This document shows positions 8,380-19,100 of a stretch of DNA of 59,919 bases, piece after piece (positions within the stretch are counted from its first letter, which is position 1; the number at the start of each line of letters is the position of its first letter). The translations under genes and the position numbers were made by a program. Under the pieces are notes generated by a model. That model worked only from the letters and a program-made list of their open reading frames with translations, was not told the DNA's origin and did no database searches. Source of the stretch: an uncultured Methanospirillum sp. (GTDB lineage Archaea > Halobacteriota > Methanomicrobia > Methanomicrobiales > Methanospirillaceae); NCBI GenBank assembly GCA_964637135.1, contig CAZWTX010000013.1, positions 1-59,919 of the forward strand. Reading direction: 5' to 3'.

Positions 8380-11300
8380 ATGAACAACAAAGGGGTTTCC
8401 CTGCTCATTCTCGGGATTCTTCTCCTGTGTACCATGGGGATCGGTGTCGCGACTGAATCTCCGGGTTCAGTATATTCGCCGGAACCGAACGGACAGGCTG
8501 ATACTCCGATGGATACCCCATTGGAAACCGGGCTGGTATTCGTCAGGTTCCACACCCCTGAATACACGGATGGATCGGCTGCCATCGTGAGTGATGACGA
8601 GATCGCTTCCATCCATGCATCGGTCGGAACAACCGTTATCAAGACCTTCTCCCCGGAATTTCTCCCCGGCCTCCAGGTGGTTGAGGTTCCCGACTCCATG
8701 ACCGTCAGTGAAGCGGTCGCCAAGTATACCCAATACCCGTCGGTCGAGTATGCGGTAGCCGATCACCTGATCCCAAGAGAACCTGATTTTTTCATCCCTG
8801 ATACTCTCAGTACGGGGAGCACCACCTTCCCGGACGATCCGCTCTATCCATCCCAGTGGAGCCTGAATAACACCGGCCAGTACGGGGGAACGCCCGGAGC
8901 TGACATCGATATCGAAGGGGCCTGGAACGTGACCATGAACGCTTCACCGGCCATCATCGTCGGTGTCACTGACAGCGGGATTGATTACCTCCATTCTGAC
9001 ATCAGGGAGAACATCTGGACCGATCCTGCCACCGGAGATCACGGGTATGACTTTTACGACGATGACCATGATCCGATGGATGATGATTATCACGGCACAT
9101 CCTGTGCCGGGGTCATCGGGGCGACAGTGAATAATGCGATCGGTATCGCCGGCATTTCAGGAGATACCGAGCTCATGGCCCTGAAAATTGACGGCCCGTA
9201 CGGGCAGTCAGACTACCTCGCGATACAGGCTATCGAGTACGCAACCCTTCACGGCGCAGATATCCTCTCAAACTCCTGGGAGGTGGCATACCAGGATGAA
9301 GCAATGTATGATGCCATCAGCGCATTTCCCGGGCTCTTTGTCTGGTCGGCAGCCAACGATAACATGGATCTTCAGATCGACGACATCCGGACGCCGGGTT
9401 TCCGCCTCCCAAACGTAATCGCGGTTATGGCGACCGATAAAAACGATAACCGGGCAAATTTCTCAAATTACGGGAGAAATGTCGTCCATCTCGGTGCTCC
9501 CGGGGATCTGATCCTCTCGACATATCCGGATCACAAAAGCCTCATCTGCGACCGGTTCAATTCCACGGAGAACTGGACCGGGGATGCGAACTGGTTCTGC
9601 ACGAATAAAACATATATCAGCCCCCCCACAAGCCTCGGTATCCGGATAAATGGTTCAGTCAGGACAACCACCATCACGCTGAACTACCCGGTCAACCTGA
9701 CCGGCCTTGAAAACCCGGTGGTCGGATTTAACATCGTCGGAAAAAGAAAAAACGGCATATTATACCTCCAGTACTCTCCTGACGGGATGGATTGGAAGAC
9801 AATACTCCGGGTCAGCACTATCGTGCCGGATGGCGTGTACTGGTGTACAGAACGCAGATCAGCCCTTGCTGAGACGAATACCACCTATTTCAGGTTCTTA
9901 TATGAGAATGCCGATCCTTCCGATGAATTCTATATCGACAACTTCCTTGTCGCCGGACAGGATCACGTCAATCCAGACTACTCCTACGGGGTCTATGGCG
10001 GAACCTCGGCGGCAGCACCTCATGTAGCCGGTGTCGCCGCCCTCGTGATGGCCGCCCACCCGGAGTACAACACCGCCCAGGTAAAGGCAGCCCTCATGAA
10101 CACGGTCGACCAGGTTTCCGCTCTGTCCGGGACCTGTATCACGAACGGCAGGCTGAACGCATCCGCGGCAGTCCGGTACCGCCTCCCTTCATATGATGCC
10201 ATCGGCAGCACCAACCTCACCATGAAGATCCCGGTGAAAGAACCGGTCAGTATCACTGCCAGGTTCGTGAACTCAGGCTCTGCTACCTGGCAGATCGGGG
10301 ACGGGATCGCTCTCCGGCCGGTCAGCGATGATGCACGGCTCCTCGGGCCGGAGACGATCCCGCTGACCGATTACCCGGTTGCCCCGGGAGAGGAGGTGAA
10401 CATCTCCTGGACCTTCTCTCCCCCGGACCGGTTTGGTACCATACATCCGGAATGGAGGCTGCAGCGGAACGGAACCGGGTTTGGCCAGGTGGTCGGAGGA
10501 ACCACGACCCTGACCACCTGGGAACGACTTCCGGATACATCAGGTACAGTAAATTATGCACTGGTTGCAAACGGGCCGTTCATTCACCACATCGGGGGCG
10601 GAACCTACTTTTCCCTGGAGAATAGCCATTACCGGTTCGATATCAGGAACCGTACCTGGACCCGGATGGCAGATCTTCCGGTGGTAATGGGGTACATCAA
10701 GGGAGCCTCGATAAACGGCAGGATCTACATCCCGGGAGGATACTCATCCACGGGGGTGACAAACACAACATACGTCTATGATCCGTCGACCGATTCCTGG
10801 TCACAAATCCCGGCAGGAGACGGCATCCCGGCACGATACTGGTACAGCACGGCCGTCCTCGCCGACCGGCTCTACGTGCTCGGCGGATATTCCGGGGGAA
10901 AAACGACCAGTCTTGTCTATTACCTGAACACCACGACCAGTACCTGGCACCAGGCCCCTTCGATGCACGAGAGCCGGTATAACTGCATGGTTTCCGCGGG
11001 AGACGGATCCATCCTGGCAGCCGGGGGATGGACCAATGCCACAACCCGCCTGAAGTCAGTTGAACGGTTTAACGGAACAGACTGGTCCTCTCTCGCCGAT
11101 ATTCCCGGATGTGACAGCTGGGCACATGCCGGGTATGCATCAGCACCGGACGGGTCCCTCTGGATCGCCGGCGGAGTCAGGATTATCAATGGAAAGGAGA
11201 TCCTGGAGGATACCGCAACCTGCAATCTCTCCACCGGAGCATGGATGATCACCCCTGATCTCCCGGTACTGGGTTCACCCCGGTCCCTCGCCGGGGGAGC

Positions 11301-12150
11301 AATCGCCCCTGACGGGTACTTCTACCTGGGAGGAGGCCTTTCCGAGACATACCCGTACGGAGCTTTTGAACGGCTGAACGTCTGGACTCCGCACATCTCC
11401 GGGGTGACCGGCCTCACCAACACCACATGGCTCCCTGATTCCATCACCTGGAACTGGACATGCCCGGATGATCCGGTCCTTGACCACGTGATGATCAGCC
11501 TGGATGGCGTCTTCCAGGCGAACCTCACCGGGGTGAACGCGTTTACGGCATCAGGCCTGATGCCACAGACCCCATACACCCTCTCGGTCCAGACCGTTGA
11601 TCTCTTCGGCAACCCGGGTACCCGTATCAGCCATACCGCGATGACAGCCCTGGCTCCACCGGTATATACCCTGAACTCGTCCTCCGATGCATTCGGGTAC
11701 ATCAGGCCGGAAGGAGTGATGACGAAGGATCCCGGGTCAAACCAGACCTATGACATCCGGTCCCTTCCCGGGGCGGAGATCGCCCGGCTCACCGATAACG
11801 AGACACCGGTATCTGTCCCGACAGGAGCCGCTTCATACACGTATCCCCTCACCAATATCGCCGACAACCACACGGTTACCGTCACGAACGATGCCAAAGA
11901 GGGCGTGATCCTTGCAGCATTCACCGCGAATCAGACTTCAGGTCAGGCCCCGTTGACCGTGCTCTTCACCGACACCTCTGCCGGCGGACCCGACCGGTGG
12001 TACTGGACGTTTGGGGACGGTATGTCTTCAATGGACCGGAACGCGACCCATACGTATTCTGAACCGGGCATCTACGATGTCAGCCTCTGGATCAGGAACG
12101 GTCAGGCAACCGGGAGCATTGAGAAGCCGGGGATGATATCAGTCCAATAA
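8380..12150 (+). CDS. Secreted S8 subtilase, intact triad, with beta-rich insert, Nbr1-FW Ig-like, Kelch, FN3, repeat and PKD domains
   Basis: D198 (VTDSG), H238 (HGTS), N326 (SAAN), S543 (GTSAAAP); Kelch repeats (IYIPGGY, LYVLGGY); WTFGDG. Confidence 0.92.
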   Translation: MNNKGVSLLILGILLLCTMGIGVATESPGSVYSPEPNGQADTPMDTPLETGLVFVRFHTPEYTDGSAAIVSDDEIASIHASVGTTVIKTFSPEFLPGLQVVEVPDSMTVSEAVAKYTQYPSVEYAVADHLIPREPDFFIPDTLSTGSTTFPDDPLYPSQWSLNNTGQYGGTPGADIDIEGAWNVTMNASPAIIVGVTDSGIDYLHSDIRENIWTDPATGDHGYDFYDDDHDPMDDDYHGTSCAGVIGATVNNAIGIAGISGDTELMALKIDGPYGQSDYLAIQAIEYATLHGADILSNSWEVAYQDEAMYDAISAFPGLFVWSAANDNMDLQIDDIRTPGFRLPNVIAVMATDKNDNRANFSNYGRNVVHLGAPGDLILSTYPDHKSLICDRFNSTENWTGDANWFCTNKTYISPPTSLGIRINGSVRTTTITLNYPVNLTGLENPVVGFNIVGKRKNGILYLQYSPDGMDWKTILRVSTIVPDGVYWCTERRSALAETNTTYFRFLYENADPSDEFYIDNFLVAGQDHVNPDYSYGVYGGTSAAAPHVAGVAALVMAAHPEYNTAQVKAALMNTVDQVSALSGTCITNGRLNASAAVRYRLPSYDAIGSTNLTMKIPVKEPVSITARFVNSGSATWQIGDGIALRPVSDDARLLGPETIPLTDYPVAPGEEVNISWTFSPPDRFGTIHPEWRLQRNGTGFGQVVGGTTTLTTWERLPDTSGTVNYALVANGPFIHHIGGGTYFSLENSHYRFDIRNRTWTRMADLPVVMGYIKGASINGRIYIPGGYSSTGVTNTTYVYDPSTDSWSQIPAGDGIPARYWYSTAVLADRLYVLGGYSGGKTTSLVYYLNTTTSTWHQAPSMHESRYNCMVSAGDGSILAAGGWTNATTRLKSVERFNGTDWSSLADIPGCDSWAHAGYASAPDGSLWIAGGVRIINGKEILEDTATCNLSTGAWMITPDLPVLGSPRSLAGGAIAPDGYFYLGGGLSETYPYGAFERLNVWTPHISGVTGLTNTTWLPDSITWNWTCPDDPVLDHVMISLDGVFQANLTGVNAFTASGLMPQTPYTLSVQTVDLFGNPGTRISHTAMTALAPPVYTLNSSSDAFGYIRPEGVMTKDPGSNQTYDIRSLPGAEIARLTDNETPVSVPTGAASYTYPLTNIADNHTVTVTNDAKEGVILAAFTANQTSGQAPLTVLFTDTSAGGPDRWYWTFGDGMSSMDRNATHTYSEPGIYDVSLWIRNGQATGSIEKPGMISVQ
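11665..12150 (+). repeat. 486-nt C-terminal module, copy 2 of 4
   Basis: Direct repeat of 7793-8278. Confidence 0.95.
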
Positions 12151-12233
12151 AGGACACATTAAAAACCGTGGAAAATGGATTTATTCTTTTTTAAATATTC
12201 AAATAACAACATATAATATCTCCCCCGGAGAAA

Positions 12234-12259
12234 CCTCACCAATATATAAACGGGTGAGG
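12234..12259 (+). promoter_or_regulatory. Inverted repeat enclosing a TATA-like box and overlapping the RBS
   Basis: CCTCACC-AATATATAAACG-GGTGAGG, ending 8 nt before ATG 12267. Confidence 0.45.
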
Positions 12260-12266
12260 GAGTGCA

Positions 12267-15200
12267 ATGCAGTTCAGGGGATGCATCATACTGATTGTCG
12301 GGATAATAATCTTCGGCAGCATGAATATCGGTTTTGCAGAAGCGGATCCGGTTCAAAAGTTCCTATCAGGAAATTCTCTTCCGGAAACCGCAATTGCGGA
12401 TGGACCGGGTGACACTGGATCAAACCCCGGGACGAACCTGATCCTTGTCAGGTATGCCACCCGGGAGGCCGTGAACGGATCAGACGCAGGGGTATCAGAT
12501 GAGCTCATGACCCGGATCAACGAGGAGGTCGGGACGACCGTTGTCGAGACCTTCTCCCCTGATTTCCTCCCCGGCCTGCAGGCGGTACAGATCCCGGCAG
12601 GCTCGGATCCCGACGAGATCATCGCCAGGTACAGGCAGTACCCGTCCGTGGTATACGCGGAACCTGACCGGATGGAACCGCAAAAATCCGTATCGCCCAT
12701 CACCATCCCAGTTCCATCCGAATCAGTCGCCAGCCAGGGTATCCCGAATGATCCGCTCTTTCCGCAGCAGTGGGCCCTGTTGAATACCGGGCAGACCGGC
12801 GGGACTCCCGGTGCCGACATCGATGCACTCAATGCCTGGAATATCACGAACGAATCGCCGGATATCGTCATCGGGCTGATCGACAGCGGGGTCGATTACA
12901 ACCATGAAGACCTGAAGGATTCCATCTGGACCGATCCCGTCACCGGGGAACACGGATACGACTTTACAAATGATGTTCCAGACCCGATGGACGACCAGTC
13001 GCACGGGACCCATGCTGCAGGCATCATTGCCGCAACCGGAAACAACCATCTCGGCGTGACCGGAGTGACCTGGAAGGCAAAGATCATGGCCCTGAAGATT
13101 CGCTGTGAGGGAGATTTCTCCGATTACGAGATTATCAGGGCTATCCGGTATGCAAAAGAGCACCATGCAGATATACTGGTCCTTCCCTGGGATAACCCGA
13201 TAACAAGCCAGGCAATGAAAGATGCAATCGAGGCATTTCAGGGACCGTTTATCTGGTCTACAGGTCATCAGGGCACGAACTACGATGAATTACCGGCTTT
13301 TGCCACCGGATATTCAGCTTCCAACGCAATCGTGGTTATGGCAACCGGAAAAAATGATACGAAAGCAGATTACTCAAATTACGGGAAGAACGTCGTGCAT
13401 CTCGCCGCACCGGGAGAGGAAATTATCAGCACGGTTCCCCAGCGGAAGATCCTCTTTTCAGATACCTTCACCACCGGTGCGAACTGGACGATCCCCTCCC
13501 TCGGAGGAATTTCACCAGACCGGTTTACCAGCGCTCCCTCAAGCCTGAAACTGGCAACTAACGAATCAACGGGAGACCGGTACTTCACCCTGAAATCCCC
13601 GGTAAACGTCTCTGGTGCTGAATATGTGGATGTCTCCTTCCAGGCAGACTACATGACCGGAGCCGCGAATCTGGAACTTGAATACTCCACCAGCGGGGAG
13701 GAATGGGAATCGGCTATGTCCCAGCAATATTTTGATGATCAGTTTTACCCGGTGAGAACCTGTCTTTTTGACAGAGGGGCAGACTCGCTCTATCTCAGGT
13801 TCAGGTATAGCGGGGATCCGGAGACACGGGCATACGTGGACGATCTCATGGTCACTGCTCTCAATCACACCGCCCCGGACATCTCCTATGGCTATCATAT
13901 CGAGCCGTATCTTGATCCTGTCTCACGCAGTGATCTCGATGCATCCCCGTTCGTTGCGGGTACGACTGCCCTCGTGATGGCAATCCATCCCTCGTACAAT
14001 ACGGCACAGATCACGTCGGCACTGCTTAACTCCGTCGATTCCATCCCTGACCTGGCTACATCCTGTAGGACCGGGGGACGACTGAATGCCTCTGCTGCCC
14101 TGACATGGAACGCTCCTGCGTATGATGCCATCACCGTTGCTGTCCCTCCCCTGAAATTCTCCGCCGGGAACCAGAGCGAGGTGACCATCAGGATGATCAA
14201 TGCAGGAACAGCAGACTGGAGCAATGCCGCAGGGATTGTTCTGAAACCGGATAACGAGGTGGCAACCGCCATCGGACCGTCTGTGATCCGGATCCCGGAG
14301 ACGATTACGATCCCGCCCGGGGGAGAGTACTCCTTCGCCATCCCGGTCACCGCACCGGGAGTATTTGGATCCTATGAACCACGATGGCGGATGTACCAGG
14401 GAACCCTCCCCTTTGGGGAGGCAGGTTCAAGGAAACTCGTGGTCACCACCTGGGAGATGATCCCCTCCCTCCCGGAACCAGCCATCCGGCAGGCAGTGAT
14501 CGCCGATGATGCCTATATCTACTCGATCGGGGGAATCAACGGTTCAGCGGTTACCGACCGGAATTGGCGGTATGATATCAGAAATGCATCGTGGAGCAGC
14601 CGGGCACCCCTTCCACGGCCCCTGTACTATGCAAGCGGAAATTCGGTAAACGGGAGGCTATACGTAACCGGGGGAACCGGAGGGGCCGGAAACTCGAACA
14701 TGACCTACATGTACGATCCCGGTACCGACTCCTGGTCATCAATCCCTTCCACCGGCGTTCCGGATCGTTTCATGCATCAGACCGGCGTCCTGGGTGAACG
14801 GCTCTATCTCCTCGGGGGAGAGGGAAGAAGCGGAGATCTCGACTCCGTGTATTACCTGAATACCTCGACCCTGACCTGGCATGAGGCCCCCCCGATGGGC
14901 ATCCCGCGACAATTATTTGCTGCTTCTTCAGGAGACGGCTCTATCCTGGTTGCCGGCGGTCTGTATGATTATAGAGGATTGAACAGCGGAGCCAGGTTTG
15001 ACGGGAATACCTGGTCAGCCATCCCGAATATCACCGGTACCTCATCATGGTTCGACCAGGCAGGGGCATCCTCCCCGGATGGGTCGCTCTGGATGGCCGG
15101 AGGGTACCGGATAATGCAGGAACAAGGTTCGGGATGGGAAGACCAGACCGCATCCTATAATTCCTCGACCAATACCTGGAAGATCACACCCGATCTTCCC

Positions 15201-16091
15201 AGGCTTCAGCTCGGTCGTGCGGAATGCGGAGGAGCCATGGGACTGGACGGGAAATTCTACGTTATCGGCGGACGGAACTCGGGAATTCGTACTGCCACCG
15301 CTGAACGCCTCCACGTCTATGATCCGGTCATTTCACCGGTGACCAGCCTGACGAATACCACGTATGCCACAGATCGCATCACCTGGACCTGGAATGAGCC
15401 GGAGGAGCGGGTTTATGGCTCGGTGATGATCTACCTCAACGGGATCTTCCAGGAGAACCTCACGAAGGGATCGTCGGCATTTTCGTCAATCAATCTCACA
15501 CCAGGGACCTCGTACACCCTCTCCACCCGGACAGTCGATCTCTTCGGGACACCTGATGATGCCTGGGCTAACCATACGGCGATGACGGCCCTTGTCCCGC
15601 CAGTCTATACCCTGCACTCCTCCTCGGACGCATTCGGGTACATCAGGCCGGAAGGGGTGGTAACGAAACCGGAGGGGTCAGACCAGACGTATGATATCCG
15701 GTCCCTCCCGGGAGCAGAGATCGCCCGGGTCACCGACAATGATACACCGGTATCCGTCCCGGCCGGGGTCGTTTCGTACACGTATCCGCTAACCGGTATC
15801 GCTGACAACCATACCGTGATCGTTGCGAACGATGCAAAAGACGGGGTTCTTCTCGCGGCATTCACCGTGAACACGACATCAGGCCCGGCCCCGCTGACCG
15901 TGCTCTTTACCGATGCCTCTGCCGGCGGGCCAGACCAGTGGTACTGGACGTTTGGGGACGACACGTCATCGATGGACCGGAACGTGAATCACACATATAC
16001 TACCCCGGGAGTCTATGATGTCAGTCTCTGGATCCGGAACAATCAGGCAACCGGGAGCATTGAAAAACCGGGAATTGTCGTCGTCAGGTGA
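12267..16091 (+). CDS. Secreted S8-family pseudoprotease (nucleophile Ser absent), same domain architecture as 8380
   Basis: D206 and H246 retained; oxyanion site WSTGH; GTSAAAP replaced by SDLDASP; Kelch, FN3 and PKD present. Confidence 0.88.
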   Translation: MQFRGCIILIVGIIIFGSMNIGFAEADPVQKFLSGNSLPETAIADGPGDTGSNPGTNLILVRYATREAVNGSDAGVSDELMTRINEEVGTTVVETFSPDFLPGLQAVQIPAGSDPDEIIARYRQYPSVVYAEPDRMEPQKSVSPITIPVPSESVASQGIPNDPLFPQQWALLNTGQTGGTPGADIDALNAWNITNESPDIVIGLIDSGVDYNHEDLKDSIWTDPVTGEHGYDFTNDVPDPMDDQSHGTHAAGIIAATGNNHLGVTGVTWKAKIMALKIRCEGDFSDYEIIRAIRYAKEHHADILVLPWDNPITSQAMKDAIEAFQGPFIWSTGHQGTNYDELPAFATGYSASNAIVVMATGKNDTKADYSNYGKNVVHLAAPGEEIISTVPQRKILFSDTFTTGANWTIPSLGGISPDRFTSAPSSLKLATNESTGDRYFTLKSPVNVSGAEYVDVSFQADYMTGAANLELEYSTSGEEWESAMSQQYFDDQFYPVRTCLFDRGADSLYLRFRYSGDPETRAYVDDLMVTALNHTAPDISYGYHIEPYLDPVSRSDLDASPFVAGTTALVMAIHPSYNTAQITSALLNSVDSIPDLATSCRTGGRLNASAALTWNAPAYDAITVAVPPLKFSAGNQSEVTIRMINAGTADWSNAAGIVLKPDNEVATAIGPSVIRIPETITIPPGGEYSFAIPVTAPGVFGSYEPRWRMYQGTLPFGEAGSRKLVVTTWEMIPSLPEPAIRQAVIADDAYIYSIGGINGSAVTDRNWRYDIRNASWSSRAPLPRPLYYASGNSVNGRLYVTGGTGGAGNSNMTYMYDPGTDSWSSIPSTGVPDRFMHQTGVLGERLYLLGGEGRSGDLDSVYYLNTSTLTWHEAPPMGIPRQLFAASSGDGSILVAGGLYDYRGLNSGARFDGNTWSAIPNITGTSSWFDQAGASSPDGSLWMAGGYRIMQEQGSGWEDQTASYNSSTNTWKITPDLPRLQLGRAECGGAMGLDGKFYVIGGRNSGIRTATAERLHVYDPVISPVTSLTNTTYATDRITWTWNEPEERVYGSVMIYLNGIFQENLTKGSSAFSSINLTPGTSYTLSTRTVDLFGTPDDAWANHTAMTALVPPVYTLHSSSDAFGYIRPEGVVTKPEGSDQTYDIRSLPGAEIARVTDNDTPVSVPAGVVSYTYPLTGIADNHTVIVANDAKDGVLLAAFTVNTTSGPAPLTVLFTDASAGGPDQWYWTFGDDTSSMDRNVNHTYTTPGVYDVSLWIRNNQATGSIEKPGIVVVR
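15606..16091 (+). repeat. 486-nt C-terminal module, copy 3 of 4
   Basis: Direct repeat; close similarity to copy 4 extends upstream through the FN3 domain (about 15320). Confidence 0.95.
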
Positions 16092-16195
16092 AAGGATTAA
16101 ACCCCTTCTAAAAATTATTTTGTCACACATATACAATACGGTAAATATATCATCTCCCCGTAGAAATTTCCTGACTATATATATTCGGGGGAGCG

Positions 16196-19100
16196 ATGCA
16201 AAACAGAGTCTTTTTTCTGCTAACGGTAGGGGTTCTTCTCTTCGGCAGCATCGTGCCGGGTGGAGCAGGAGAACTTTCAGTTCCGGATCCGGTTCCTGAT
16301 TTAATACAGGCTCCGGTTTCACCAGATGCAGGGGTCCAGGGAATTGAACCGGATGATTCTGGTTCCCTGGCTGAAACCAACCGTATTCTCGTCAGGTTCA
16401 GGATATCGTCAGACACCGGCGGATCGGCGGTAACTGCTTCGGAGGAGATCATCTCGGCGACCAATACCATGATCGGGGCTACGGTTGTACATGCCTTCTC
16501 GCCGGAGTTCCTTCCCGGCTTGCAGATCGTTGAGATTCCTGCCGGGGAGAATGTCGACGATGCAATTGCCCGGTACCGGATGTCTCCGTATGTCGAGTAC
16601 GCAGAACCGGATCAGGTGATATCTGTAGAACAACCATCACTCACCTCAATCCACGCCCCCTCCGAATCCGTCACACAGACGGTCCCGGATGATCCGCTCT
16701 TTCCGGAGCAGTGGGCCCTTGATAATACCGGGCAGTCAGGAGGGACGCCTGGTGCAGATATCGACGCAACGGGTGCCTGGAACATCACGAACGAATCCAC
16801 GGGTGTGATAATCGGGATCATCGGAACCGGGGTCGATTACACCCATCCTGATCTCAGCGAGAACATCTGGACCGATCCGATCACCGGAGAGCACGGGTAT
16901 GACCTTTTCCTTAATATCCCCGATCCGATGGACGAACAGGGAGATGGAACCCGTACCGCAGGAATTATCGCCGCTGCAGGGAACAACGGTATCGGTATTG
17001 CCGGTACCACCTGGAAGGCAGAGATCATGCCCATTAAGGCAACAGATCAATGGGGATCTATCCAGTACTCCTCCATTATCCAGGGCATTGAGTACGCTTC
17101 CCTGCACCAGGCAGACATCCTGGTGCTCCCAAAAAATCCCTCCCTTTCTGTTAAATATATCTGCACAAACGAGGCGTTTTATGAAGCCATCTCCCATTTT
17201 AGCGGTCTTGTCGTATGGTCAACCCAGGACCTGAAAGATGATCTGAACCAGATGACCAATAACGCAAACCCGATCCTCTTCACCTCCCCGAATCTCATCC
17301 TCGTGACCGCATCCGATAATCAGGATCATAAGGTGGATCTCTCCGCATACGGGAACCGGTGCGTTCATCTCGCAGCACCTGGGAAAAATATCATTACCAC
17401 TGCCATCGCCGGACGCGAGAATATCTTTTCTGATGATTTCTCCACGGCAGCCAACTGGACGATGGATCCGGCCTGGACGATCTCGGATGGCCTGAAAGCA
17501 AACGCGACCGGAAACTGCACGTTAAAGGCCCCGCTGAACCTTACCGGCATCGAACACCCTGAGTTAACCTTCCAGGTACTGAGCAGCCTGACTACCGGGG
17601 TGCTGTATCTTGAAGGATCTGTTGATGGAACCACCTGGTCTCCCATCGAACAGATACTCCCGTCACCGGATACAGGCTGGTATACCTCGCGATCGTCAAT
17701 GCAGGAATTTTCCGGGGAGAGAACCGTTTATTTCCGGTTCAGGCATGTTGCATCCGGGCCGGATGACCAGGTCTTCGTCGATGACGTCACGCTCAACGCA
17801 CTCAGTGATGTCTATTCTGCCGGCACCGGAGACCAGGCAGCATTCGTTGCCGGAACGGCATCACTCGTGAAGAAAATGCATCCTGACTATTCAGCCGTCC
17901 AGATCCGGTCGGCAGTCATGAACACGGTTGATCATATCCCCGGCCTTGACCTGTATTGTCGCTCCGGAGGGAGACTGAACGCCTCTGCGGCAGTACGGTT
18001 CCAGACCCGGCCATACGACGCAACCGGGGGGATGTCAGTCATCCCGAAGGCACATGGAGGGACAGAAGTCAGGGTCACCATCCGGATGATCAATGCCGGG
18101 ACATCAGACTGGACGAATGGTGCAGGGGTCAGCTTGAAACCGGAGAACGAAATTGCACGGATCATGGGACCTGCGGTAATTCCACTACCGGGTAATCAGA
18201 CCGTCCGACCAGGAGAAGGCTGCACGTTTGAGATTCCCGTCACCGTTCCAGCCGCTTTCGGAACCTACTGGCCGGAATGGCGGATGTACCGCGAGAATAT
18301 CCCGTTCGGGGAGTCCTATTATGTAAAAATCGAAAGCACCACCTGGGAGACGATTGCCCCGTTACCTGAGACCCAGTACTACCAGGCTGTGATCGCTGAT
18401 GGTGCGTATATCTACTCTATCAGCGGATCCAACGGAAGCACATCGACAGATTACACAGATCATACCTGGCGGTATGATATCCGTAACAACACCTGGAGTG
18501 CATGCTCCCCCCTGCCTGAGCCGCTCGTGTCATCAGACGGACAGGCGATCACCGGGAAACTGTATATTGCCGGTGGATTTGGGATAAACGGCCGGACAAA
18601 CCGGACCTATGTCTACGATCCTGCAGGTGACTCATGGACAGCCATTCCTGCCGGGGCAGGCACACCGGCAGTCTATGCGTATCGGACCGGGGTTATCGGG
18701 GATCGGTTGTACCGCATCGGGGGATCCAGCCAGGATGCATACCTGAACTCATTCGTCTGGGCCCTGAATACCACCACCAATACCTGGTCTCCGGCAGAGC
18801 CGATGCATGAAGGAAGAACCTTTTTTGCTTCATCTTCCGGGGACGGGAAGATCATTGTTGCCGGTACCTCAAACACAACAGAACTCTTCGACGGGAAGAA
18901 CTGGTCCTACCTTCAGGATATTCCGGGAACTAAAGAATGGATACAGACCACCGGAGGTTCTGCACCTGATGGATCGCTCTGGATGGCAGGGGGGTATCTA
19001 TACGGGCCGGACGATAAAAACCTTGGAAGTGATTATACCGGAACGTATAACCGGTCCACGGGGGAGTGGAGACTCACCCCGGCGTTGCCGAAAATGACAA

